The position numbers and the translations under genes are program-made. The notes beneath the pieces are model-generated. The model was given only the letters and a program-made list of their open reading frames with translations. It was not told where the DNA came from and did no database searches. Positions 42,382 to 51,510 of a stretch of 64,000 bases of DNA are shown piece after piece. This DNA is from Candidatus Bipolaricaulota bacterium. GTDB taxonomy: Bacteria; Bipolaricaulota; Bipolaricaulia; UBA7950; UBA9294. The first letter of the stretch is position 1; each line of letters starts with the position of its first letter. The stretch spans positions 152,089-216,088 of the forward strand of contig JANQEA010000035.1 of the NCBI GenBank assembly GCA_028278555.1, written 5' to 3'.

Positions 42382-43728
42382 CTAGAAGTCGGTCGTCCCG
42401 GTGAACCGGAACCCACGGATTTTCGCGGCCGGCGCAAACGTCACGATGTTGCCGAATCCCGCCTGGACCGGCTTCGCTTCGCGGCCGAGCGCCTCGACGT
42501 TCTCGAACGCTCCGAGGATGCTCTGCGTGAATCGAAGGTTCTTGAGCGGTTTCGTCACCTTCCCGTTCTCGATCAGGAATGTCCCGTCGCGCGTCATGCC
42601 GGTGAAGATCGTCTTCACCGGGTGGACCGGGTTCGTGTAGTGGAACCGTGTCACCCAGATTCCGCGCTCCGTCGACGCGATCATCTCGTCGATCGACGCC
42701 GACCCCGGAGACATCGCCAAGTGAATCGGGATCGGGCCGAGCGCATTCGGCGCCGCCAGCGCATGGCCGGTCGATGCCTTTCCCTCTTCCCGACCGGCGG
42801 TGAACGAGTCGTAGACGACGCTCCTCGCGATGCCGTTCTCGATCAGCGAGACCTGCTGTCTCGGGACCCCCTCGAAATCGAACGGAAGTGGAAAGCCCCG
42901 AGGGTCGAGGCCATTGTCCCGGATGGTGATTGCGTCGCCGGTGATCGCCTCCCCGAAGCGATCGTTCATGAAGCTCCGCTTCTCCTGAACGGAGAGCGCG
43001 CCGAGGCCGAGATATCCGAGGAAGAAGACCATGTTCGCGACAGCGGACTCTTCGAGGATCACCGTATACTCGCCGGGCTCGATCTTGACCGGATCGGCGC
43101 TCCGAACCGCCTTCTCGACGGCGATCCGGCCGACTTCCGTCGGGTCGAGGCCGGCGACGTCCTGTGCGGCCTCCGAACCATAGCCGGAGCCCGTCTCGCC
43201 CATCACGACGGTCATGACGTTCGCGGTCGTTCCGGCGTGATAGGCGCGGACCCCGAGCGAATTGCCGACGAACAGCTCGTTCGCGCTCGTCGAGAAAGCG
43301 CCCGAGGCCTCGAGGCCGTTCGCCTTCGCCTGCCGGACGATCGAACCGACACCCTCGGCACGCGTTTCGGGCGAGCAGGCGGCCGTCGACTCGACGTAGG
43401 CATTGACCGGTTGAATCGGATTGGGCTCGGGGAGAGATCGAAACTCCGGGTTCTCCTGCTGAAAGCCGGCTGCCGTCTCCGCGTTCCGGACGAGCTCGGT
43501 CAACGCAGCGTCCGTGATGTCGTTCCCCGTCGCCACACCGATCCGCTTTCCGAGGATCGATCGGACGCGCACGTTCACGTCCGTCTCCGCGACATTCTGA
43601 TGGATCGTGTTCATCGCGAACCGCGTCAGCGCTTGATCCTGGGTCGTGACCAGAACCTCCGTCTGATCCGCCGTTGCCGCGCCGAGGACAGCCTCGACAA
43701 TCGTTCTTAGTCGTGCTTCGCCTAGCAC
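42382..43728 (-). CDS. pmbA: PmbA/TldE subunit of the TldD/E protease
   Basis: A TldD/PmbA-family sequence without HExxxH. GTG 43728 is preceded by the SD AAGGGGG. The Arg-rich 48 aa upstream in the track ORF were judged spurious. Confidence 0.85.
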   Translation of the reverse strand: MLGEARLRTIVEAVLGAATADQTEVLVTTQDQALTRFAMNTIHQNVAETDVNVRVRSILGKRIGVATGNDITDAALTELVRNAETAAGFQQENPEFRSLPEPNPIQPVNAYVESTAACSPETRAEGVGSIVRQAKANGLEASGAFSTSANELFVGNSLGVRAYHAGTTANVMTVVMGETGSGYGSEAAQDVAGLDPTEVGRIAVEKAVRSADPVKIEPGEYTVILEESAVANMVFFLGYLGLGALSVQEKRSFMNDRFGEAITGDAITIRDNGLDPRGFPLPFDFEGVPRQQVSLIENGIARSVVYDSFTAGREEGKASTGHALAAPNALGPIPIHLAMSPGSASIDEMIASTERGIWVTRFHYTNPVHPVKTIFTGMTRDGTFLIENGKVTKPLKNLRFTQSILGAFENVEALGREAKPVQAGFGNIVTFAPAAKIRGFRFTGTTDF

Positions 43729-43984
43729 CTTCGCCCCCTTCGTACGGTCGTTGATCGAAGTCCGCTCAGGAGAGTACCGAGCGGCCGGCGTCGCCGCCAG
43801 AGGAGGACGAGAACGAGTCACCGCTCGTTCTCGCGACGTGCGCCCTCGCAGCGTGCATCGCCGATTCGTCATCCGTCATGAGAAGCGAGGCGTTCGGCCA
43901 TCAGCCGATCCAGAGATACGAGCCATTGCTCGTTTCTCTCCCGCGACTCCGAAGGAGTCGCGCACTATACTGACGGCAGTGACC

Positions 43985-44671
43985 ATGGCAACGAAGGTCC
44001 TGGTTGTCGACGACGAACCCTGGGTCGTTCAGGCGGTCCGGAGCTACCTCGAGGAGGCACACTTCGAGGTGATCAGCGCGTACAACGGTGCCGAGGCGTT
44101 GACGCAATTCGACCGGCACGAGCCCGACCTGATCATCCTCGACTGGATGCTTCCCGAGCTCGACGGCCTGTCGGTAGCGCAGCGGATCCGCCACACGTCG
44201 AACGTCCCGATCATCATGCTGACCGCCAAGGTCGACGAAGAGGATCGGATCGCGGGCCTGGAGACCGGCGCCGACGACTACGTTGTCAAGCCGTTCAGCG
44301 CGCGGGAATTGGAGGCCCGCGTTCGTGCCGTCCTCCGTCGTTCGGCCGGTCGGAAGGCACCGATCCTGGAAGTCGGGGATCTGAGGATCGATCAGGCCGA
44401 GCGCCGGGTCTGGATCCGAGGCGAGCCCGTGGAATTGACAGCGATGGAGTTCGACCTCCTCGCGTTCCTGATGACGCATCCCGGGCGCGTCTTCACGCGA
44501 CTCGAACTCCTCGAGGGGGTCCGGGGGGAGACCTACGAGAGCTTCGAGCGCTCGATCGACTCCCACATCAAACGCCTCCGGCAGAAGATCGAGCCGGACC
44601 CGAAGAGCCCTCGGTTCGTCCTGACCGTCTTTGGTGTCGGATACAAGCTCGCCAGGGAGGACGATCAGTGA
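43985..44671 (+). CDS. OmpR/PhoB-family response regulator
   Basis: Receiver domain (VLVVDDEP..., phospho-acceptor DLIILDWMLP, KP motif VVKPF) plus a winged-helix trans_reg_C domain (LTAMEFDLLAFL...VFGVGYKL). Confidence 0.9.
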   Translation: MATKVLVVDDEPWVVQAVRSYLEEAHFEVISAYNGAEALTQFDRHEPDLIILDWMLPELDGLSVAQRIRHTSNVPIIMLTAKVDEEDRIAGLETGADDYVVKPFSARELEARVRAVLRRSAGRKAPILEVGDLRIDQAERRVWIRGEPVELTAMEFDLLAFLMTHPGRVFTRLELLEGVRGETYESFERSIDSHIKRLRQKIEPDPKSPRFVLTVFGVGYKLAREDDQ

Positions 44672-46005
44672 AGCTCTTCCGGAGGATGTCGTTTCAGACG
44701 AAGCTCCTCGCCGCGTTCATCGCGATCATTCTCCTGACGTCCGCCGCCGGGTACCTGTTCATCAATCAATCGGTGAAGCGCGCCTTCTCCGAGTTCGCCA
44801 CGTCGACGTACTCACCGCAGGAGCGGGCCGTCCTCGAGCTCGTCCGCACCTTCTATGAGCGGACCGGGGACCTGGAGTCCGTTCTCGACTTCCTCGGACG
44901 GGGCCGCCGCGAGGTCCCCGTTCTCCTCGCCGATCCGGAGAGAACGGTCGTCTACGCGCCCGACGAGCGATTCGTCGGGCGACGTCTCTCGGTCGACGAA
45001 CTCGCAGAGGGCACCGAGGTCGTTCTGGCGAACGGCGAAGTCTGGACGGTCATCCCCTCCCGGATCGTCCTCGGCCAGGAGATCGTCGAGCGCGGCTTCC
45101 TCTGGACGACCCGTCGAGCACTCTGGCTCGCCGGCTTCGTGGCGATCCTCGTCGCAGTTCTCCTCTCGTTCCTCCTCCTCCGGCAGATCACCCGACCACT
45201 ACGGCGCCTCGACACGGCGACCCGGCAGATCGCTCGCGGGGAATTCTCCGAGCGGGTGTCGATCGAGTCGTCCGACGAGATCGGTCGTCTCGCGCGCTCG
45301 TTCGACGAGATGGCGGAGAGCCTCGAACGGGCCGAGCGAACGAAGAAGCAGATGATCGCCGACGTCTCGCACGAGCTGCGAACGCCGCTTGCTGCGGTTC
45401 GGGGCGCGCTGGAGGGGCTCCGTGACGGACTGATCGAACCGACCTCCGAGACCCTTGCGTCGCTACATGACAAGATTCTGCTGACAACGCGGCTCGTTCG
45501 GGATCTCCATCAGCTGACGCTCGCCGACGCCGGCCGCCTGTCGATTCACCCGGCGCCATGCCGGATCGGTGAGATCGTCGGAACGATCGTCGAGACAATC
45601 GGCGTGCAGCTCGAGGATGCAAACATCCGGCTCGAGAAGCGGACGCCGGACAGTCTTCCGATGCTCATCGTCGATCGGCAGCGGATCGAGCAAGTCTTCC
45701 TCAACCTGCTCGCCAACGCGATCCGCCACACGCCGGAAGGCGGAACGATCTCGATCGAGGCACGCGAGCACACCGAAGGCGTTCTCACCAGCATCTGCGA
45801 CAGCGGGCCCGGCCTGGCGGAAGCCGACTTGGCGCACGTTTTCGACCGGTTCTACCGGGCTGATGACGCGCGGACGAGCGACAGCGGAGCCGGCCTCGGT
45901 CTCTCGATCGCCAAGGCGTTGGTCGACGCGCACGGAGGGCGGATCTGGGCTGAGAACGCGCCGTCCGGCGGCGCTTGCTTCCACGTTCTTCTCCCGACGG
46001 GGTAG
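44668..46005 (+). CDS. Sensor histidine kinase (2 TM, HAMP, HisKA, HATPase_c)
   Basis: H-box SHELRTPL, N-box NLLANAIRHT and G-boxes DSGPGL / GAGLGLSI. It has a GTGA overlap with the regulator gene. Confidence 0.9.
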   Translation: MKLFRRMSFQTKLLAAFIAIILLTSAAGYLFINQSVKRAFSEFATSTYSPQERAVLELVRTFYERTGDLESVLDFLGRGRREVPVLLADPERTVVYAPDERFVGRRLSVDELAEGTEVVLANGEVWTVIPSRIVLGQEIVERGFLWTTRRALWLAGFVAILVAVLLSFLLLRQITRPLRRLDTATRQIARGEFSERVSIESSDEIGRLARSFDEMAESLERAERTKKQMIADVSHELRTPLAAVRGALEGLRDGLIEPTSETLASLHDKILLTTRLVRDLHQLTLADAGRLSIHPAPCRIGEIVGTIVETIGVQLEDANIRLEKRTPDSLPMLIVDRQRIEQVFLNLLANAIRHTPEGGTISIEAREHTEGVLTSICDSGPGLAEADLAHVFDRFYRADDARTSDSGAGLGLSIAKALVDAHGGRIWAENAPSGGACFHVLLPTG

Positions 46006-46034
46006 CCGTCCCCGATTCCCGTTCCGAGAAGAGA

Positions 46035-46062
46035 CGTGCCGCCGTCCGTAGACGACGGCACG
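46035..46062. terminator. Hairpin between convergent genes (bidirectional terminator candidate)
   Basis: CGTGCCGCCGTC-cgta-GACGACGGCACG pairs at 11 of 12 positions, between the kinase stop (46005) and the minus-strand gene stop (46111). Confidence 0.4.
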
Positions 46063-46110
46063 CGCGGGAACTGAACCGGTGGCCCAGAGGGCCGAGACTT
46101 GTCTTGGCTC

Positions 46111-46878
46111 TTAGTCGCTCACTCCTAGCTTCAACTCGAGGACTTCGATCAGCTGTTCGATCCAGTCGAGACCGCGCTGTTTCATGCCGACATGCTGGAA
46201 GCCGCCGCCAAACTGGCTCTGGCCGCCCATCCGGCGCCCCATCATCATCGATCCCCGCATTCCGTGGGCGTCTGGGGACTGCTGCGTTTGGGATGAATCT
46301 CCGAACCGCTGGCGGAACCCTTCGGCCATCTCAGATTGGTTCTCGAATCGTCCCCTGAGCCGTTCGGCGATCTGCTCACGGAGGCTGAACGCGGAACCTT
46401 CGCCCGGCTGGCCGAGCCGTCCGCGGACTCCGACGTCCCGTCCGCCGAGGAAGCCGGGGAAGATCGAATCGAGAAGCTCGCCCTGCTTCGCGGACAGGAT
46501 CTCCTTGATCCGGTCGATCGTTTCAAGCGCATGTTCACGTGCCGCCTCGAGCTGGGGTTCTGTCTCAGCGCGGAACGCCTCCAGGACCGCGTCGAGCTCT
46601 TCCGCCGTCCCGTTGAAAGCGATCATCGCCTCCTCGAGTTCGGCTCGACGGATCTCGAGTGCCTCACGCTCCTCGACGAGGCCGACGAGGAGCCCGTGGA
46701 TCTCCTCCATCTGCTCCGTTGTCAGCTCCATCCGGTTGACGAGGATCAGCAGCGGCAGATGATCCGCCTCCTCGCCTGCTCCGGCCGATTTCATGAGGAC
46801 CTGCGTGCTCGCCGGAATCGCCGCGATCACCGCGAGCAGGACCACCACCGATGCGATCCGCAGTCGTTTTCGCTTCAT
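46111..46878 (-). CDS. Periplasmic CpxP/Spy/ZraP-family protein (LTXXQ motifs) with a Met/Gly/His-rich tail
   Basis: It has a signal peptide, the LTTEQ and LSAKQ motifs in long helical Glu-rich segments, and a C-terminal HGMRGSMMMGRRMGGQSQFGGGFQHVGM tail. Confidence 0.6.
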   Translation of the reverse strand: MKRKRLRIASVVVLLAVIAAIPASTQVLMKSAGAGEEADHLPLLILVNRMELTTEQMEEIHGLLVGLVEEREALEIRRAELEEAMIAFNGTAEELDAVLEAFRAETEPQLEAAREHALETIDRIKEILSAKQGELLDSIFPGFLGGRDVGVRGRLGQPGEGSAFSLREQIAERLRGRFENQSEMAEGFRQRFGDSSQTQQSPDAHGMRGSMMMGRRMGGQSQFGGGFQHVGMKQRGLDWIEQLIEVLELKLGVSD

Positions 46879-47043
46879 CCGTTGTTCCTCCTTTTCCTCA
46901 ACATCGTGGCTCGAACGGTATCGGCCCGCCGTGAACGGGCCCGTCCAAACCTGTGGCAGGACTGTGAAGAGCTGGGCGCTTGAAGCGGAGGAGGAGGCTG
47001 TGACAAACTCGCCTTACGATCCTCAAGCGAGAAGGAGCGAACC

Positions 47044-47334
47044 ATGTCGAGAGTCGGGTGTTTGGTGCTGGTCGTCGTCTTCGCGTTGTCCGGATCCGCG
47101 CTGGCAGCACGGATCGTCTGCACGACGACGATCGTCGGAGACGTCGTCGCGCAGGTCGCCGGAGAGGGCCATTCGCTGACGGTCCTCCTTCCGATCGCCG
47201 CCGACACCGGGAGGCGGATCGTCCTCCTCTACACCGGATCGTTGAGCGGACCGGACGGGCCGGCGCCGACGTACCTCGACAAGATCCGGTTCGACGTCCG
47301 AGCAATCGTCAAGGGGTTGTCGGAGACGCCGTGA
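47044..47334 (+). pseudogene. In-frame internally deleted remnant of a ZnuA/TroA-type metal ABC substrate-binding protein
   Basis: The 96-aa ORF contains a signal peptide and the family N-terminus (RIVCTTTIVGDVVAQVAGEGHSLTVLLP). This joins directly to the family C-terminus (LYTGSLSGPDGPAPTYLDKIRFDVRAIVKGL). The ~200-aa metal-binding core is missing. It has a GTGA overlap with the ATPase gene. Confidence 0.6.
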
Positions 47335-48152
47335 GTCGCCGACGGACGCACGCGGTCCATCTGGCCGATGCCCCGGCCGTCGCCGTTCGCGATCTCTCCG
47401 TTACGCTCGACGGGGAGATCGCGCTGAGCGGAGTCACGTTCGAGCTGGAACCTGGCCGACAGCTCGCCGTCGTCGGTCCGAACGGCGCCGGGAAGACGAC
47501 GCTCCTCCGCGTCCTCGCCGGACTGATTGCCCCGGCAAGCGGCGACGTCCGGATCCACGGCCACGGTCCCTGCGGCCACATCTGCATCGCCTATGTCCCG
47601 CAGAAGAGCGGGATCGACTGGAGATTCCCCGTTACCGTCCGCGACGTCGTGATGATGGGACGGATCCAACGGATCGGCCCGTTCCGCAGGCCGAGCGCGG
47701 ACGACCGACGCGTCGTTCATGACGCGCTCGAAGCGGTCGAGCTTGCTGACCTCGGGAACCGGCAGATCGAGGCCCTCTCCGGCGGTCAGCAGCAGCGGAT
47801 GTTCCTCGCCCGAGCTCTCGCACAGGAGGCAGATGTGATCCTGTTCGACGAACCGCTCGCCGGCCTCGACATCCACTCCCGCGGTGAGATCCTCGGCGTC
47901 ATCGGCCGCCTCCGTGAGCGGAACGTCAGCGCCATCGTGGCGCTTCACGATCTCGGAATCGCCGCCGCGTCGTTCGATCGGGTCCTCCTCCTCCAGCGCC
48001 GTATGATCGGCCACGGCCCGGCCAGCGAGGTCTTCACCGAGGCAAACCTCCGCGAAGCATACGGAACCTGCCTCCACATGACCGATGGACCGTCGGGACC
48101 GTTCGTCATCCACGACACCGCCTGCACCGGAGGCGATGATGAACCTCGTTGA
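47331..48152 (+). CDS. Metal (Zn/Mn)-type ABC transporter ATP-binding protein (ZnuC/TroB-like)
   Basis: Walker A GPNGAGKTT, signature LSGGQQQR and Walker B ILFDEPLAGLD. Start is GTG 47331. Confidence 0.9.
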   Translation: MSRRRTHAVHLADAPAVAVRDLSVTLDGEIALSGVTFELEPGRQLAVVGPNGAGKTTLLRVLAGLIAPASGDVRIHGHGPCGHICIAYVPQKSGIDWRFPVTVRDVVMMGRIQRIGPFRRPSADDRRVVHDALEAVELADLGNRQIEALSGGQQQRMFLARALAQEADVILFDEPLAGLDIHSRGEILGVIGRLRERNVSAIVALHDLGIAAASFDRVLLLQRRMIGHGPASEVFTEANLREAYGTCLHMTDGPSGPFVIHDTACTGGDDEPR

Positions 48153-48999
48153 GCTGATCGTTGAGCCTCTCCGCTATCCGTTCATGATCCGGGGAATCGT
48201 CGCCGCGATGGCCGTCGGAGGTCTCTGCGGGATCGTCGGTTCGTTCGTCGTCCTCCGCGGGATGGCGTTCATGGGCGATGCAATCGCCCATTCGATCCTC
48301 CCCGGCCTCGCCGGGGGCGTCCTCGTCGCGGGACGCGGAGATCGCCGCGCTCTCTTCTGGTGGGCCCTCGGAACAGCGATCCTCGTCGCCCTCGGGATGG
48401 GTTGGATCAGCCAGCGTGGCCGCGTCCGCGAGGACACGGCCATCGGGATCGTCTTCGCCGGGATGTTCGCCCTCGGGATCGCACTCATCTCGACCGTCCG
48501 CGGCTTCGCCGTCGATCTCGTCCACTTCCTGTTCGGAAACGTGCTCGGCGTTGCGACCGTCGATCTCATCCTGATCGGAGCATTCGGCGGTGCTGTCCTC
48601 CTTCTCGTCCTCCTCTTCTACAAGGAGCTGGTCGTCGTCTCATTCGATCCGACCCTCGCGCGAACCCTCCGCCTCCCGACGGCCGCCTACCGATATCTCC
48701 TGTTCGTTCTCGTCGCGATCACCGTCGTGGTATCGCTTCAGACAGTCGGCGTCGGGCTGATGCTCGCCATGTTGATCGTCCCGGCGTCGACTGCGTTCCT
48801 CCTCGTCCGACGCCTGCCGCGGATGATGGCGATCGGAGCCCTTCTCGGCATCCTGTCCGGCGCGATCGGGCTCTATCTTTCCTTTTACTGGAGCGTCGCC
48901 TCCGGCGCGGCGATCGTCCTCGTCTCGATCGGGCTCTTCTTCGTCGCGCTTCTCGTCTCCCCGCACCGCGGACTCCTTGCACGGTTGCGGAAGGGCTGA
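48136..48999 (+). CDS. Metal ABC transporter permease (ZnuB/TroC/D-like, ABC-3 family)
   Basis: ATG 48136 follows the SD GGAGG. YPFMIRGIVAAMAVGGLCGIVGSFVVLRGMAFMGDAIAHSILPG is the hallmark ABC-3 N-terminal region. Confidence 0.9.
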   Translation: MMNLVELIVEPLRYPFMIRGIVAAMAVGGLCGIVGSFVVLRGMAFMGDAIAHSILPGLAGGVLVAGRGDRRALFWWALGTAILVALGMGWISQRGRVREDTAIGIVFAGMFALGIALISTVRGFAVDLVHFLFGNVLGVATVDLILIGAFGGAVLLLVLLFYKELVVVSFDPTLARTLRLPTAAYRYLLFVLVAITVVVSLQTVGVGLMLAMLIVPASTAFLLVRRLPRMMAIGALLGILSGAIGLYLSFYWSVASGAAIVLVSIGLFFVALLVSPHRGLLARLRKG

Positions 49000-49116
49000 C
49001 CAAGCCGTCTCCTCAACCTCACGAGAATCTCACCGATCGGACACTATACGCCCACCCGCACGGTCTACGACTTGGTCGTGATCAACATCAGGGCTTCAGA
49101 ATCGTAGGAGGTTCGT

Positions 49117-49698
49117 ATGAGCAGAAAGGGGCTTCGCGTTGTAGGAGCAGGGGTCGCGATTGCAGCTCTAGGATTCTCGATCTTTTTCGCCGTCGATCTT
49201 CTCTCGGCGCGGCCGGGAATGGCTCAAGAGTCGGAGGAGGGCGAAGCCGCTTCGATTGAGCTCCCGGCGTGGGCCGACTTCGAGCTCGTCGATGCGATCA
49301 CCGGGGAATCGTTCACCATCGCCGATTTCGCCGGGAAGCCGATCCTCGTCGAGAGCTTCGCCGTCTGGTGCTCGATCTGCCTCCGCCAGCAGAAGGAGAT
49401 GGCAAAGCTGATCGAGCTTGAAGGGGAATCGATCGTGCACATCTCGCTCGACACCGACCCGAATGAAGACGACATCGCAGTTCGACTGCACGCAGAGAAG
49501 CACGGGTTCACGTGGCTGTTCGCCGTTGCGCCGGTCGAGATGACGCAGGCGCTGATCGATGCGTTCGGGCTGACGGTGGTCAACGCGCCACGCGCCCCGG
49601 TGATTCTGATCGATGTCGATGGCTCGGCGAGGCTGCTCCGGAACGGCGTGAAGTCGGCGGAGGATCTCCTCGAGGAGATCTCGGGAACCGAGGAATGA
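49117..49698 (+). CDS. TlpA/ResA-like thiol-disulfide oxidoreductase (thioredoxin fold)
   Basis: It has a signal/anchor segment, the CxxC motif WCSIC and a redoxin-like layout. The SD GGAGG precedes the ATG. Confidence 0.8.
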   Translation: MSRKGLRVVGAGVAIAALGFSIFFAVDLLSARPGMAQESEEGEAASIELPAWADFELVDAITGESFTIADFAGKPILVESFAVWCSICLRQQKEMAKLIELEGESIVHISLDTDPNEDDIAVRLHAEKHGFTWLFAVAPVEMTQALIDAFGLTVVNAPRAPVILIDVDGSARLLRNGVKSAEDLLEEISGTEE

Positions 49699-50384
49699 CG
49701 CTCCTCGCCGATCTCGCGGAATCGTTCGTCCTCGGCGTGTTGACGCCGCTTGGTGCAGTCTGCGTCCTCCCTCTCTATCCCGGCTTCCTCGCCTATCTCT
49801 CCAACCGGCTCGCAGGGCGAGAAGCGAAACGGAGCACGATCCTCCTGTTTGCGTTGAACGTGACCGGCGGGGTGGTCGCGTTCATGTTCCTGCTCGGTCT
49901 CGTCTTCACGACGATCCTGCAAGTTTCACTGACCCGCGTGATCGGTGTCATCTCGCCGATTGCGTTCGGCGTCCTGTTCGTCCTCAGCTTCCTCCTTCTC
50001 TTCGACGTCGACATCGGTCGATTTCTCCCGAAAGCGAAGGTCCCGAAGTCGAAGAGCCCGTGGTGGACGGCCTTCCTGTACGGCTTCTTCTTCGGGGCAA
50101 TCGTCGTCCCGTGCAATCCGCTGTTCATCGCCATCTTCTTCACGCGATCGGTCTCCGTCCTCGGGTTCGGGGCGAACCTCCTTCGGTTCCTCGCATTCGG
50201 GATCGGCATCGCCGCTCCGTTGCTCGCTCTCGCCGTCGTTTCGACCGCGGCATCCGGCACGGTGATCCGGTTCCTGACCCGCTACAAGTCGGTCATCAAC
50301 CGGGTCGCCGGTCTGATCATGCTCGGCATTTCGGTCTACTACCTCGTCTTCGTCTTCCGGATCTTCGACACGCTGTTCGGATAA
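49695..50384 (+). CDS. ccdA: CcdA/DsbD-family cytochrome c biogenesis thiol-transfer membrane protein
   Basis: It has 6 TM helices and conserved Cys-Pro contexts (LGAVCVLPLYPGF and VVPCNPLF). It has an ATGA overlap with the TlpA-like gene. Confidence 0.8.
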   Translation: MTLLADLAESFVLGVLTPLGAVCVLPLYPGFLAYLSNRLAGREAKRSTILLFALNVTGGVVAFMFLLGLVFTTILQVSLTRVIGVISPIAFGVLFVLSFLLLFDVDIGRFLPKAKVPKSKSPWWTAFLYGFFFGAIVVPCNPLFIAIFFTRSVSVLGFGANLLRFLAFGIGIAAPLLALAVVSTAASGTVIRFLTRYKSVINRVAGLIMLGISVYYLVFVFRIFDTLFG

Positions 50385-50396
50385 GGAGGGATCCCG

Positions 50397-51416
50397 ATGA
50401 AACACCCTCACAGGAGAAGGCTCTACTTCGGATTGGCGACCGTTGTGGTGGCAGCCGGTCTGGCGATCGGCCTGGCACAGAGCCAGCCAGATTCCACGAC
50501 CGAACCGCACGTCGAGATCGTCAACGGACGTGAGGTCTACGTTACGGAGTCCGGGTTCCGGTACATCGTCCATCCATCGGAAATCCTGAGCGGCGGCCCG
50601 CCGATGGACGGCATCCCGTCGATCGACCGGCCAGTCTACGTTTCGGTCGAAGAGGCCGACGCGTGGATCGAGGACAACGAACTCGTCCTCGCCCTGATCC
50701 ACGGCGACGTCGTTCGCGTCTATCCGCTCCAAATCCTCGTCTGGCACGAGATTGTCAATGACACGATCGGCGGCGATCCGATCCTCGTCACCTACTGCCC
50801 CCTCTGCGGATCCGGGATCGCCTACGAGCGACGGATCGAGGGGGTCGAGGTCGAGTTCGGGACCTCGGGGAAGCTGTACAACTCGAATCTCGTGATGTAC
50901 GACCGGCGGACCGAGACCTACTGGAGTCAGATCGACGGCCTCGCGATCGTCGGCGAGCTAACCGGGATGGAGCTCGTGCCGATCTCGATCGACACGGTCG
51001 TCTGGCGTGACTGGAAGGTCGCGTATCCTAAGTCCGAGGTCCTCAGCCAGGAGACTGGCTTCAGCCGGCCGTACGGACGCGATCCGTACGGGAGCTACTA
51101 CGAGGACAGCTTCATCTGGTTCCCGGTCGCCGGGCGTGACGATCGGATTCACCCGAAGACGGTCATCTTCGGGGTCGAGGTCGATGGTGTCTACGCCGCC
51201 TACCGCGAGTCCGACCTGATCGAGCTTGGATCGATCGAGGACGTGGTCAACGGGATCCCGATCCGGATCGTCCGCGATCCGGCTGGGGTCGTCACGATCA
51301 CCGATCTGAGCACCGGCGAGGCAATCGTCAAGGAACGCGACTTCTGGTTCGCCTGGTACGCGTTCCACCCGGAGACGCTCCTCTACCTGCCTGAGGCTGA
51401 GTCGGACGGCGAGTAG
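50397..51416 (+). CDS. DUF3179-domain secreted protein
   Basis: GGPPMDGIPSIDRP, VYPLQILVWHEIVND and VTYCPLCGSG are characteristic DUF3179 motifs. It has a signal/anchor N-terminus. Confidence 0.8.
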   Translation: MKHPHRRRLYFGLATVVVAAGLAIGLAQSQPDSTTEPHVEIVNGREVYVTESGFRYIVHPSEILSGGPPMDGIPSIDRPVYVSVEEADAWIEDNELVLALIHGDVVRVYPLQILVWHEIVNDTIGGDPILVTYCPLCGSGIAYERRIEGVEVEFGTSGKLYNSNLVMYDRRTETYWSQIDGLAIVGELTGMELVPISIDTVVWRDWKVAYPKSEVLSQETGFSRPYGRDPYGSYYEDSFIWFPVAGRDDRIHPKTVIFGVEVDGVYAAYRESDLIELGSIEDVVNGIPIRIVRDPAGVVTITDLSTGEAIVKERDFWFAWYAFHPETLLYLPEAESDGE

Positions 51417-51510
51417 AAGAGGAAACCCGATCACCTGCGCCCGCATTCGACGATCCATCACATGCAGGTTTTCTTGATCGCGCCTCTGCGTACTGCTACT
51501 GTCTTCGACC

